Origin: a virus
Lineage: Duplodnaviria > Caudoviricetes
DNA length: 62,335 bases
Direction: 5' to 3' (one strand)
Virus record (IMG/VR): IMGVR_UViG_3300033521_000005
Span: 1 to 62,335 of that record
In this document: piece after piece, positions 46,948 to 55,244 of the stretch
Layout of the letters: every line of letters begins with the position of its first letter
Numbering within the stretch: position 1 is the first letter of the stretch
Translations under genes and position numbers: made by a program
The notes under the pieces: model-generated
Database searches by the model: none
The model's input: the letters and a program-made list of their open reading frames with translations, nothing else
What the model was told of the DNA's origin: nothing

Positions 46948-47666
46948 TCGCCTCGCTTGGACAGGATTTCTTGCAACAGAGGGCCAACAGCCGACTTCTC
47001 GGCCTCGCCCAGTTTGTCGGCCCACTTGACGAGCTCCTTGGCAGAGCCATCGCCCTTGTCTGTCAGCTTGCCAAGCCTTGCAGCTTGGTAAACCATCTGT
47101 GCAGCCATATCAGCCGCAGCTTCTCGGGTCAGCAAGGCAATGGCCTCGGGTGGGCGGTGCTCGCCTTGGGTCATTGAGACCAGCACGTTGACAATGTCCA
47201 TCAGGCGGTGGCTCATGTGCAGAATGAGGGCGACCTGAGCAAACTCCTCGCCGTGATGGGCCTTGATGGATTCGAGCATTTCTTCCCGAGCATCCGTCAC
47301 GTCTTCGATCACGTTTTTCTTTTTGGCCTTGGCCTTGCCGCCACCCTTGAGGGAGCCTTCACGGAACAGATCGAGGGCCACTTGCACCTTGCAAGCAGCG
47401 CCAGCATTCAGACCGCCAACGTGCCAGTTGGTGATCTTCTCGGTGGGTGTGCCCTGCTTGCCGCAGTAGTTCACGCCATCCTTGTAGTTGTAGATAGTGG
47501 CAACAGGGCCATCGTCGAACTCGACAATCCACTCCGCATCAGTCTTGTTGCAGCCAGCCAAGGGCTTGCCGAACAGATCGGCCAGTTCCTTGTATGTGGC
47601 GGCGATGTGACCTTGCAGGCTGGTGCCGCTAATGTCGTGGGTGTTGTGGGTGTGGGTCTTGAACAT
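46944..47666 (-). CDS. Two-domain hypothetical protein
   Basis: RBS GGAG before ATG 47666; GTSLQG...Y..L...FG.P..EW..TIY.YK..W.VGG N-terminal domain. Confidence 0.6.
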   Translation of the reverse strand: MFKTHTHNTHDISGTSLQGHIAATYKELADLFGKPLAGCNKTDAEWIVEFDDGPVATIYNYKDGVNYCGKQGTPTEKITNWHVGGLNAGAACKVQVALDLFREGSLKGGGKAKAKKKNVIEDVTDAREEMLESIKAHHGEEFAQVALILHMSHRLMDIVNVLVSMTQGEHRPPEAIALLTREAAADMAAQMVYQAARLGKLTDKGDGSAKELVKWADKLGEAEKSAVGPLLQEILSKRGE

Positions 47667-47730
47667 GATTTGATTCTCCAGAAAAAAGAAAGGCCGCATA
47701 GCGGCCCATTGGGTTACGAAACAGATTTGC

Positions 47731-48093
47731 TTACAGCTTGAGCCAAGCGACTTCGCCATTCACACGGAGGGGCATAACGAAGGCCACCTTTTCTTGCACT
47801 TCCTTGAGGGTGACGTGAGGCTTGACGCTCTCGCCTTCCCTGTCGCTGCCGAGGATGAGCCCCTTGCCAGCCAGCGGGTTGCCGTAGCCGTTGTAGACGA
47901 AGAAGGCTTGCTCCTCCTTGAACAGACCCTCGTCATCAACAAAGATGCCATCGCCCTTGGCGTTGATCCGGGCAACGTCAAAGGTATCGCAGTCTGTTAG
48001 CTGGTAGATGTGGTGGTAGTCGCCATTCCAATCCACCTCGGAAACGGTGCGCTTGAACGGGTCGATCAGGATTGCTTTGCAGGGTTGTGCCAT
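47731..48093 (-). CDS. DUF3846-like protein
   Basis: RBS GGAGG before ATG 48093; AILIDP..IFVDDEGL..LAG.G.I.G. Confidence 0.65.
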   Translation of the reverse strand: MAQPCKAILIDPFKRTVSEVDWNGDYHHIYQLTDCDTFDVARINAKGDGIFVDDEGLFKEEQAFFVYNGYGNPLAGKGLILGSDREGESVKPHVTLKEVQEKVAFVMPLRVNGEVAWLKL

Positions 48094-48109
48094 GTTGGCC
48101 TCCAGTGGG

Positions 48110-48313
48110 TTAGATGAAAACGAGAACGAGGAAACAGAGGAAACAGATTCGGATTGCGACCTTGCGGATGTAGTCATCCACTTGGGTCTCGCGCTGTCGC
48201 TGCAACAGGGCCAGTTGTATTTGTTGCATGTCAGTGCAGGGCAGTTGGGCTGGCGGGATTGGGTCGTAAGCCAGACCGATTTTGACCTTGCCGGTGTTGT
48301 ATGGGACGTTCAT
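48110..48313 (-). CDS. Small protein with C-terminal TM segment
   Basis: PY.TGKV.IG..Y; hydrophobic tail. Confidence 0.55.
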   Translation of the reverse strand: MNVPYNTGKVKIGLAYDPIPPAQLPCTDMQQIQLALLQRQRETQVDDYIRKVAIRICFLCFLVLVFI

Positions 48314-48816
48314 GCTTGCGGGTCTTTCAGGTTAGGAGGCACCTTCGGCAGTTGCACTGCCATGCCTCTACGAATGAGCATCTTTGCCTTGGCAATCGCA
48401 GTCTCAATGTCCCCGACTGTGACGACTTCCATCTGGGCATCGTGCAGTTCCATGAGGGTATTGAGGGCTGTTATCTCGGGGCCTGTTGGAACGAAGCGCA
48501 GCTTCTCTGTGGCCCGCCAGACGATGGACAGAATGGCGTAGCGCCCCTCTGTTGAAACGTCCTTGTAGTCCACGCCAAACCCCATCTGTTGCAGTGCCTC
48601 AACGATGTTGGACATTGCGATCAGCGTGTCCATGTCGATCTTGTTGGCCTTGCCTTGAAGCAGCAGCTTCATGGCTAGGTGGTTCTTGATCTTCAAGTCC
48701 GCCAGATAGTCGCTGTACTCGGTCACGGGCCGGAACCCTTCGAGCACATAGGCCAGCGGGTTCGCCAGCCTTTCCTTGGGGCGGTAAGCCTTACGAGGCT
48801 TTTTGTTTTTCGACAT
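48310..48816 (-). CDS. Hypothetical protein
   Basis: ATG 48816; KPRK.Y.P N-terminus; LHD.Q motif. Confidence 0.6.
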   Translation of the reverse strand: MSKNKKPRKAYRPKERLANPLAYVLEGFRPVTEYSDYLADLKIKNHLAMKLLLQGKANKIDMDTLIAMSNIVEALQQMGFGVDYKDVSTEGRYAILSIVWRATEKLRFVPTGPEITALNTLMELHDAQMEVVTVGDIETAIAKAKMLIRRGMAVQLPKVPPNLKDPQA

Positions 48817-49084
48817 TGGCCGGGACGATGGACGGGGCAACAGACTTCGCAATGACAGGGGCTGGCTCAGGCTCTACGGGCTCTGGAGCACCAATGGCCT
48901 GCCGTACTTGCTTCATTGCTTCACGGATGCTCTGGTTGCCTTTGCTGCGCTGTTCGATCAGGCCAATCACGGCGACACAGGCATCCTTCATGGCTCCGTC
49001 ACTCATGGGCTCGTTTGCCTTAGTGGCTCCGGCAATGGAGCCGATCAGACCGGCAACAGATTCGACGGTTTGGGCTATGGTCAT
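48791..49084 (-). CDS. Hypothetical protein (97 aa)
   Basis: RBS AAGGAG. Confidence 0.55.
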   Translation of the reverse strand: MTIAQTVESVAGLIGSIAGATKANEPMSDGAMKDACVAVIGLIEQRSKGNQSIREAMKQVRQAIGAPEPVEPEPAPVIAKSVAPSIVPANVEKQKAS

Positions 49085-49293
49085 GCTTTCTCCTTTGTGG
49101 CTAATGCTAGGTTGCGGCGCTCGGCTTCACGCACTGCTCGGTCAAAATAATTGACCAAGCTGCGGCGGTAGCCTTGCGGCCTGAGTACGGGGCCGATCAC
49201 CCTGCGGCGACCAGTCTCGCGGTTGATGATGGCCCAGTGACGGGGCAGACTGTTGTCCACTACCCAAGGGCCGGGGACTGTGGTTTCGATCAC
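49081..49293 (-). CDS. Hypothetical protein (70 aa)
   Basis: RBS GAGGAG; GTGA overlap. Confidence 0.55.
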   Translation of the reverse strand: MIETTVPGPWVVDNSLPRHWAIINRETGRRRVIGPVLRPQGYRRSLVNYFDRAVREAERRNLALATKEKA

Positions 49294-49691
49294 TTGTGGC
49301 TCCTCGTAAAGCTGATGAGCACATCGGCAAGCCCAAGCTGTGCCGAGGGGTGCAGGTAGGCTTCTGGAGTGCGCCAGAAGGGCGTTTTACCGGCAAGGAT
49401 GACCTCGCAGGTCAGCACCAGCAGGCCGACGACGTGCTGGACGCCATAGCCGTGCATTTGCAGCGGGTGGTCGGGCAGGTCAATGTCAGGAAAGATCGTC
49501 CGAAACATCGTGATGAACTGGGGCGTCTTTTTAAGACAGCGCCAGCTTTCTGGCCCGATCTGTTTGGCCCTGTTCATGGTGTCCATCGGGTCGATGGAAA
49601 CCACATCCGGGCGGTCGTTGATGATGTTCACATTGCCGTGGTGGCAAAGGATGTTGATGGGCGCCTCTAATGGCGTTTCGGACAGTTTCAT
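49290..49691 (-). CDS. Hypothetical protein with PE..LHP..Q motif
   Basis: ATG 49691; motif reminiscent of an ABC-ATPase D-loop fragment. Confidence 0.5.
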   Translation of the reverse strand: MKLSETPLEAPINILCHHGNVNIINDRPDVVSIDPMDTMNRAKQIGPESWRCLKKTPQFITMFRTIFPDIDLPDHPLQMHGYGVQHVVGLLVLTCEVILAGKTPFWRTPEAYLHPSAQLGLADVLISFTRSHK

Positions 49692-49852
49692 GCGGTCACC
49701 TTCCTTTCCTGAATCCAGTAGTGGCACAGCCTGTCTGGGTCGGACTGTTTCATGTGCCGAATGCAGGACTCGGCAACAGTCTTGTCGAAGAACAGTTCCT
49801 CGATCCACTTGTCGCGGCCATCGCTGGCCCAGAGCAAAAACACATACCTCAT
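49688..49852 (-). CDS. Hypothetical protein (54 aa; not in ORF track)
   Basis: RBS AAGGAG; MRYVFLLWASDGRDKW...; ATGA coupling on both sides. Confidence 0.55.
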   Translation of the reverse strand: MRYVFLLWASDGRDKWIEELFFDKTVAESCIRHMKQSDPDRLCHYWIQERKVTA

Positions 49853-50301
49853 GTGAGCTCCTTCATCAGTTGCTTGAACTCGAGGTAGGCCGCAAATTTC
49901 TCCGCCTCGGTCAGATCGGATGCCAGCTTGCGTTTCACGGGGGCTGGCACCTTGGGAGAATCTGTTGCAGCAGCAACAGGGGCCACCTTGGCTGCCTTTT
50001 TCTTGCTCCGGTCATAGGGGACACGCTCCTCGTATGCCAACGGGTTGGTCACGCTGTAACGCTTGAGCTTGTAGGTAATCCCCTTCATGCCGTGCTTGCG
50101 GCTTACATCGCTGTAAGCCTTGATTACCCCGCTCCCCTCCATTTCATTGAGAATGGCAGCGGGTCGGTAGGACAGCTTCAAAGCTGTCGTTATATCTTCC
50201 TGTGTCTTTTCTGGGTGGTCTTTCAGCCAGTGCCAGACTCGATAGCGCACACTGGGGAGTTTCACTCCAGCATCGGATAGTGCTTTGGTCATTGCGTTCA
50301 T
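49849..50301 (-). CDS. Winged-helix-like protein
   Basis: RBS GAGGAG; RVW.WLKDHP..T..I pattern. Confidence 0.55.
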   Translation of the reverse strand: MNAMTKALSDAGVKLPSVRYRVWHWLKDHPEKTQEDITTALKLSYRPAAILNEMEGSGVIKAYSDVSRKHGMKGITYKLKRYSVTNPLAYEERVPYDRSKKKAAKVAPVAAATDSPKVPAPVKRKLASDLTEAEKFAAYLEFKQLMKELT

Positions 50302-50367
50302 ACGCTCCTCACAATCAGGCAACAGCGCCCGGTAATGCCCTGACGGTCAGGGCATTGGCTGGTGCTG

Positions 50368-50589
50368 TTAGTGCTTGAACACGTCAAAGACGCCAACACG
50401 ATTGCCGTTTGCATCCATCAGGACGTGGGCTGTGTTGACCTTGAGCGGCACATAGCCAGCGGCAACAGATTCAGCCAGTTCTCGAAGGATGCGGGCCACT
50501 TCCGACTGGCATGTGCCGTCGTCTTCTGGGCTGCCGTACTCGGGGCCAAAGGCTGCGTTGTCTGTGCCCATCATTAGGTTGATTCGCAT
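50368..50589 (-). CDS. Hypothetical protein (73 aa)
   Basis: DNAAF..EVARIL..LA..D.NGN.VG motif; RBS AGGAG. Confidence 0.65.
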   Translation of the reverse strand: MRINLMMGTDNAAFGPEYGSPEDDGTCQSEVARILRELAESVAAGYVPLKVNTAHVLMDANGNRVGVFDVFKH

Positions 50590-50870
50590 TGCTGTTTCTC
50601 CTGTTCACGTTGATAAATCTGGTAGCGCATTTCCTCGGCAACGAGGATGAGTTTTGCCCTGGCGATCAGGGCCAACAGTCTGTTCATAGTCCAGCCTCAC
50701 GTAGTCTGTGCATGTATTCCTCGTAGCCGAACTCGCATTCGTCCGGGCTCATTGGAATCGGTTCACCAGTACGACAAAGGCCATGTATGGCAAAGGGGTG
50801 AACCCTTGTCGGTAGGCACTCAGTACGTGGGCCTGATATTGGTCGTGCATCTTCGTCCTCCTCGGTCTGT

Positions 50871-51119
50871 TTACTCATCATCGTCTTCGTAGTTGTCGGG
50901 GTCGTTGGGGTTTCGCGGGTCACCCTTGAACTTGAAGTCGATGTAGGGGAAAGCCTGTTCAAAGCAGGTCAACAGATTGTTGTAGTCGCCGCTCCGCATA
51001 TCGGTAAGCAGCTTGTCAATCTGGGCCTTCGGCCACTCCAGTTGCTTTGCCCATGTCGAAGCCAATCCCATCAGCACAATGGCGTTGCCCTGTGGGCCTC
51101 GCAGGTCAATCACTCGCAT
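50871..51119 (-). CDS. Hypothetical protein
   Basis: IDL.GP.GNA..LMG..M.SGDY..LL..F motif; RBS AAGGAG. Confidence 0.65.
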   Translation of the reverse strand: MRVIDLRGPQGNAIVLMGLASTWAKQLEWPKAQIDKLLTDMRSGDYNNLLTCFEQAFPYIDFKFKGDPRNPNDPDNYEDDDE

Positions 51120-51196
51120 GTCGTTTCTCCTTCGTAGCGAATAGTGCAAAGCGCACTGGTCAGAGCACTCCTTGGAGTGCCCTGCACCGCTGAGCT

Positions 51197-52069
51197 TTAC
51201 TCGGCAGGTTGGGGGTCGAGCTCTGCCATGACCTTGTCAATCCAAGCCTCGGCAGAGGCTTTGTTTTCCACGGGGTCTTGAACGATGGCGTTCTCGGGGA
51301 TGACGGGCAGCATCTTGGCGATCTGTGCCACTCCGTTGTGGGTGACAGTCCCCAGTCCGCCGTTTGCCCTACGGCCCATCAGGTCACATCCAAGGATAAT
51401 TCCGCCGAACAGAGCGGTGCGGAAGTAACCCGGCATCGCTGTAAGCGCCGCCAGTCTGTCCAAGTCCAAAGGCTGATCTTCAGCCTTGATTTCGACGAAC
51501 TGTGCAACGCTGGTGACCGAGCTCTCGCAGCTCTTGTGGCCTGACTCGAATCCGTAGATGGCTACGTTGTAGCCAGCTTCCATCAGAGCCGTGGTCAGCT
51601 TGAGGGCCGCAGCGCCCCGCCAGAACAGACTGTTTGCTCCGGTGTCGGAGTTGGCGCCGAGGTTGCAAAGGATTGCAACGGTGCGAACTCCAGAGCCAGA
51701 CCGGCGCCGAGTCCGAGTCCATGCTCGGCTCAGGTCGCCACGGTAAACGGCGTGGATGTCGAGCTCCGCTCCTTGGTCGGCCCGTTCCCGACGACGTCGA
51801 ATAGACGTCGGGTTGATTTCGCGGGTCGCCAGCTTCAACAGTCTGTCGGAACCGTCAGGCCAACCGTCTTTCAGACGGCGATTAAGCTCCTTGATGTTGG
51901 GAGCACCTAGCCAATGCTCACCGCTTTCGCCGTAGGCATTGGAAATAAACTTGTCGGCCCGATTGGCTTGGCCTTGATCTTTCCAAGTCTGTGACTTGGA
52001 CATTCCGTAGGGCTCCATCGTGGATTCCCAGAACATGGCAATTTGATTGCCATCAATTACGTGCAGCAT
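51197..52069 (-). CDS. vWA/CobT-like partner of AAA ATPase
   Basis: RBS TAGGAG before ATG 52069; G.ELDI......G..W then beta/alpha pattern; adjacent to the AAA gene. Confidence 0.55.
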   Translation of the reverse strand: MLHVIDGNQIAMFWESTMEPYGMSKSQTWKDQGQANRADKFISNAYGESGEHWLGAPNIKELNRRLKDGWPDGSDRLLKLATREINPTSIRRRRERADQGAELDIHAVYRGDLSRAWTRTRRRSGSGVRTVAILCNLGANSDTGANSLFWRGAAALKLTTALMEAGYNVAIYGFESGHKSCESSVTSVAQFVEIKAEDQPLDLDRLAALTAMPGYFRTALFGGIILGCDLMGRRANGGLGTVTHNGVAQIAKMLPVIPENAIVQDPVENKASAEAWIDKVMAELDPQPAE

Positions 52070-52152
52070 TGCAACTCCTAGCCAGTAGCGACACTGGCAA
52101 AGCCTCATCAGTACGGGAGCAACCCGCAGACCCCCCGAAGGGGGTTTCGGCA

Positions 52153-53289
52153 TCAGGCCACGTCAACCTTGGCCCTGTCTTCGTCTTTCCAGTCGAGGAA
52201 GAACTTGTTCTTCACTCGGCTGAAGTCCGCTCCGGCTTTCAGCAACTTCGTTGCATCGAGCAGGAATCGGGTGGACATCACCCGCTGCATCTTCAGTTCG
52301 GAAATACGTTTCCGAACAGCCCAGCCCCAAGCCAACAGATCGGGGGCAACGGCTTTGCGTTCAAAGCTGGTGTCGTAGTTCACGAAGTGACGACCGGCAC
52401 GGAACCGATCAAGAAAGGCTTCGTCAAGCCTTTCCCGTCCGGCATAAGCTGCCGAGGCACCGTTGCCGAAGGTGTTGGCACAAGCAATGCAGATGAAATC
52501 TGCATGGCGGGTCACCTTGCTGTTGCCACGGCGTTGCGGCAGGAAGAACGAGCCGTTAGCCAGAGCCTGATTGATGAACAGCAGGGTGTTGGGGTCAGCC
52601 GCATCGACTTCGTCGAACAGGAAGACGCCGCCGTTTTCGTAGAGCCTGACGAAGTCCGACTCAACGTAGTTGAAAGCGCCGCCGTCAGTTGGCAACAGCC
52701 AACCGGACAGAACAGATTCCGACATTCCTGCTGTGCAGGAAACCGACGCAAACTCGCGGCCCAGAGCTTCAGCCACTTGGTGAGCCAAGTGGGTTTTGCC
52801 GGAACCGGCAGGGCCTACCAACAGAATGTTGAGGCCGCATCCTGCATCGAGCAGGACGTCCTGAAATTCAGGACGAACGTGACCCGACGGTTTCCATTCG
52901 GAACCGTCAAGCCGCTTGACCTCGAATTTCATAACGGGAGACCGTTCAAGGGCAGCCTCCACTTCGTGGAGAACGATGGCCCGAACCTTGTCTTCGTTCA
53001 CTGCATTGCCAGCTAAGCTGGCAAACAGAGCGCCGATCTGGTTGGCAACAGCCGTCTGATCGACGTTGGGAGCCGACGGAGTCGGAGCGGGAGCCGATGG
53101 CATAGGAGCCGAAGGCTGGACATGCTCCATTGCAGAGCGGATGGCAGCCTCATCGTAAGCTCCAAGGAGCTTATCGACGCATTCGGTTTTCTTGGCTCGC
53201 TCATGGTCGAAACCGACCGAGCCGCTGTTCAAGAACTTGAACAGATCGAGGATGTATGCCTTTGGCATACCGAGTAGTTGGTCACGCAT
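52153..53289 (-). CDS. MoxR/CbbQ/CobS-type AAA+ ATPase
   Basis: GPAGSGKT, FLFDEVDAA, ANTFG.G, LD.A.LDRF. Confidence 0.9.
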   Translation of the reverse strand: MRDQLLGMPKAYILDLFKFLNSGSVGFDHERAKKTECVDKLLGAYDEAAIRSAMEHVQPSAPMPSAPAPTPSAPNVDQTAVANQIGALFASLAGNAVNEDKVRAIVLHEVEAALERSPVMKFEVKRLDGSEWKPSGHVRPEFQDVLLDAGCGLNILLVGPAGSGKTHLAHQVAEALGREFASVSCTAGMSESVLSGWLLPTDGGAFNYVESDFVRLYENGGVFLFDEVDAADPNTLLFINQALANGSFFLPQRRGNSKVTRHADFICIACANTFGNGASAAYAGRERLDEAFLDRFRAGRHFVNYDTSFERKAVAPDLLAWGWAVRKRISELKMQRVMSTRFLLDATKLLKAGADFSRVKNKFFLDWKDEDRAKVDVA

Positions 53290-53746
53290 TTGGTTTTCCT
53301 CCGGAAAGTGACAGTGGTTGAGAACGTCCAGACAAACCCCCTACGCTGCTAAAGCAGCGACGAAGCGGTGCCGTTGCAGCGAAAGGGGTTTGTGCTTGAC
53401 GCTCTGAAAGAGCGTTGTGTTAGGTGACGCCTCACGGCGTGGCCTGTGTGTATCTTGGTGGCGGAAGTTGTCCGCTCACCTCTCGGACACAGAGACGAAG
53501 TCTCTGAACCTTCCCTTCGGTTCGGGCTTAGAAACCCTAGTCAGCTTTGCTGATGCCTCACGGCATGAATGCTGACTCCTCTGGAGTCCGACGCTACCTC
53601 GCCGTTAGGGCCGAACCGCTCGGTTCGATGCGTCACCGTCAGACTCTGCTTAGCCCCTTCTACGAAGGGCTTCACCTATCGGTCTCACGGTGCTTTAGCA
53701 CCTACTGGTCGGGAAGTTCAGCGTTACCGCCGAATCGACGTTTTCA

Positions 53747-53786
53747 ACTGTAATGGCTGGCTTGTCACTGTGTCAAGTCCCCTTGT
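53747..53786 (-). promoter_or_regulatory. Sigma70 promoter for early operon with operator-like site
   Basis: Minus strand TTGACA-18-TACAGT; TCAAGTCCCCTTGT at 53773-53786. Confidence 0.6.
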
Positions 53787-53964
53787 TTTCTGTGACGAAG
53801 TCACAGGAGGTTGTGATGCGAGGCGTGATGCGGTGCGCAACGCGAAGGAAGGCCGGGAAAAACCCCTGATCCCAAACAGTCCGGGCACAGCTTCGCTGTC
53901 ACATGCTGTTCAAAGGAGCTAGAGAGGAGAGATAAGTACCCTAAAGGGTAGGGAGTCATTCAGG

Positions 53965-53977
53965 CAAGTTATTGATT
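53965..53977 (-). promoter_or_regulatory. IHF consensus site
   Basis: AATCAATAACTTG matches WATCAR-N4-TTR. Confidence 0.6.
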
Positions 53978-54156
53978 CCAAAGGAATCAGCAGTACGGTG
54001 AATGGGAAATGTCACGACATTGCACACACCGCGTCACGCCACACGAAGTTTTGCCTTCGGCAACAGGTCAACAGACTGTTATTCCTAGCTGCCAAATCTG
54101 GCCTCTCTATCCCTTTGGGATAGCCCACACGACCCAGTTTTGTCACAGTCTGGAGC

Positions 54157-54169
54157 TAAGTTGTTGATT
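54157..54169 (-). promoter_or_regulatory. IHF consensus site
   Basis: AATCAACAACTTA matches WATCAR-N4-TTR. Confidence 0.6.
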
Positions 54170-54317
54170 CCTAAAGGAATCAGGCGGCTCAAATGCCCGC
54201 TGTGTGGCCCGTTGGGGGTGGGTGGCGGGGGTGGCGCGGGCCTAGCTGGGCGCGTGGCCGGGCGCGTGAGCCTCTACTGATGGGTATGCCTCGAACACCC
54301 AGTCCCACCTCTTAGTT

Positions 54318-54670
54318 ATAGGGGGGGTATAGGGGGGCCATTAGGGGGGCTAATGGGGGGGCATTAGGGTAGTGGGCGAAATTTTGCAGAAAACGTGGGA
54401 ATGGAGTGCTCCGAACACCTCCGTTGAGCTCCATTTGCTCAAAAAACAGGCAAATTTGAGCACTTCCGGCCTGACAGACAGACCTCACGCTGCTTAAAAA
54501 ATAGGCAGAAAGTGTCGAAAAACACGGGAAAACACCCCAAAACAGCCTTTTTCGATAGGGGGGCTATAGGGGGGCTATGGCCCCCCCAATAGGGGGGCCT
54601 ATGGGGGGGCGTATAGCAACCAAGAACCAAGAACCAAGAATACATAAATACCCCCTACCCCCTTGGGACG
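54318..54670 (+). repeat. Origin-like iteron arrays plus (AACCAAG)x3
   Basis: ATAGGGGGGCT-type units at 54318-54369 and 54555-54612; 28 bp identical to 39586-39613. Confidence 0.8.
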
Positions 54671-54935
54671 TTGGAAAACAGGCCGGGGGCAGGGTTGGAG
54701 TCCCGTCGGGTACAATTTTTTGCGAAAGTCCCACAACAGGGCTTGTGAAGTGCGGATCAGGGCATTACAGTCGCCCACAGCATGGATGCTCATCGGTCTG
54801 TGCAGCGTAGAGAAGCGCCCTCAAGCGGTGTGTGAGGCCAACTACCGCACCTGAAGGCCCTCATCCCTCCTCCTGTGGTGGGCTGATTCAGGCGTATCGG
54901 TTCCGCGTCAAGGGCCGTTGAACATTGAAAGTCGT

Positions 54936-55244
54936 ATGGCAACACGGAAGGTCGTCAAAAAGTCGGTGGATCAGGACATTGCGGAATACCGCGATAAGCG
55001 CCGCGCTGCCCACGGCGAATTGGTGCGCGAGTCGATCCAGACGACCCAACTGGTGAATCTGTTGCAGGACTTTGCCCTCGGCAAGTCCAAGGCAAAGATG
55101 ACCGCCATCCGGCTGAAGTCCATCGAAATGCTGCTCGACAAATCTGTGCCCGACCTTGCGTCAGTGAAGCACGATGTCGAAGTGCAGCACGTCACGTTCA
55201 ACATCAACACCGACTTTGTCGCGCCAAAGACGGTCGAGGCTTGA
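54936..55244 (+). CDS. terS: Terminase small subunit (putative)
   Basis: Overlaps terL; R..IQ...L...LQ..LL.K..PDL motif. Confidence 0.6.
   Translation: MATRKVVKKSVDQDIAEYRDKRRAAHGELVRESIQTTQLVNLLQDFALGKSKAKMTAIRLKSIEMLLDKSVPDLASVKHDVEVQHVTFNINTDFVAPKTVEA

Larger units (their letters stand above)
53332..54182. repeat. Array of ~20 short perfect inverted repeats
   Basis: e.g. CAGAGAC-GAA-GTCTCTG 53490, CTGTGAC-GAA-GTCACAG 53790, CTATCCC-TTT-GGGATAG 54107. Confidence 0.85.

Noticed and set aside
54439-54854. Short ORFs over the iteron region, including a peptide sharing IATKNQEPR with the initiator
   Set aside because: The similarity is a by-product of the shared DNA repeat; no RBS or initiator domains.
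53300-54900. CRISPR array or mini-array
   Set aside because: No constant direct repeat with regular spacers; hairpin stems differ in sequence; no cas genes.
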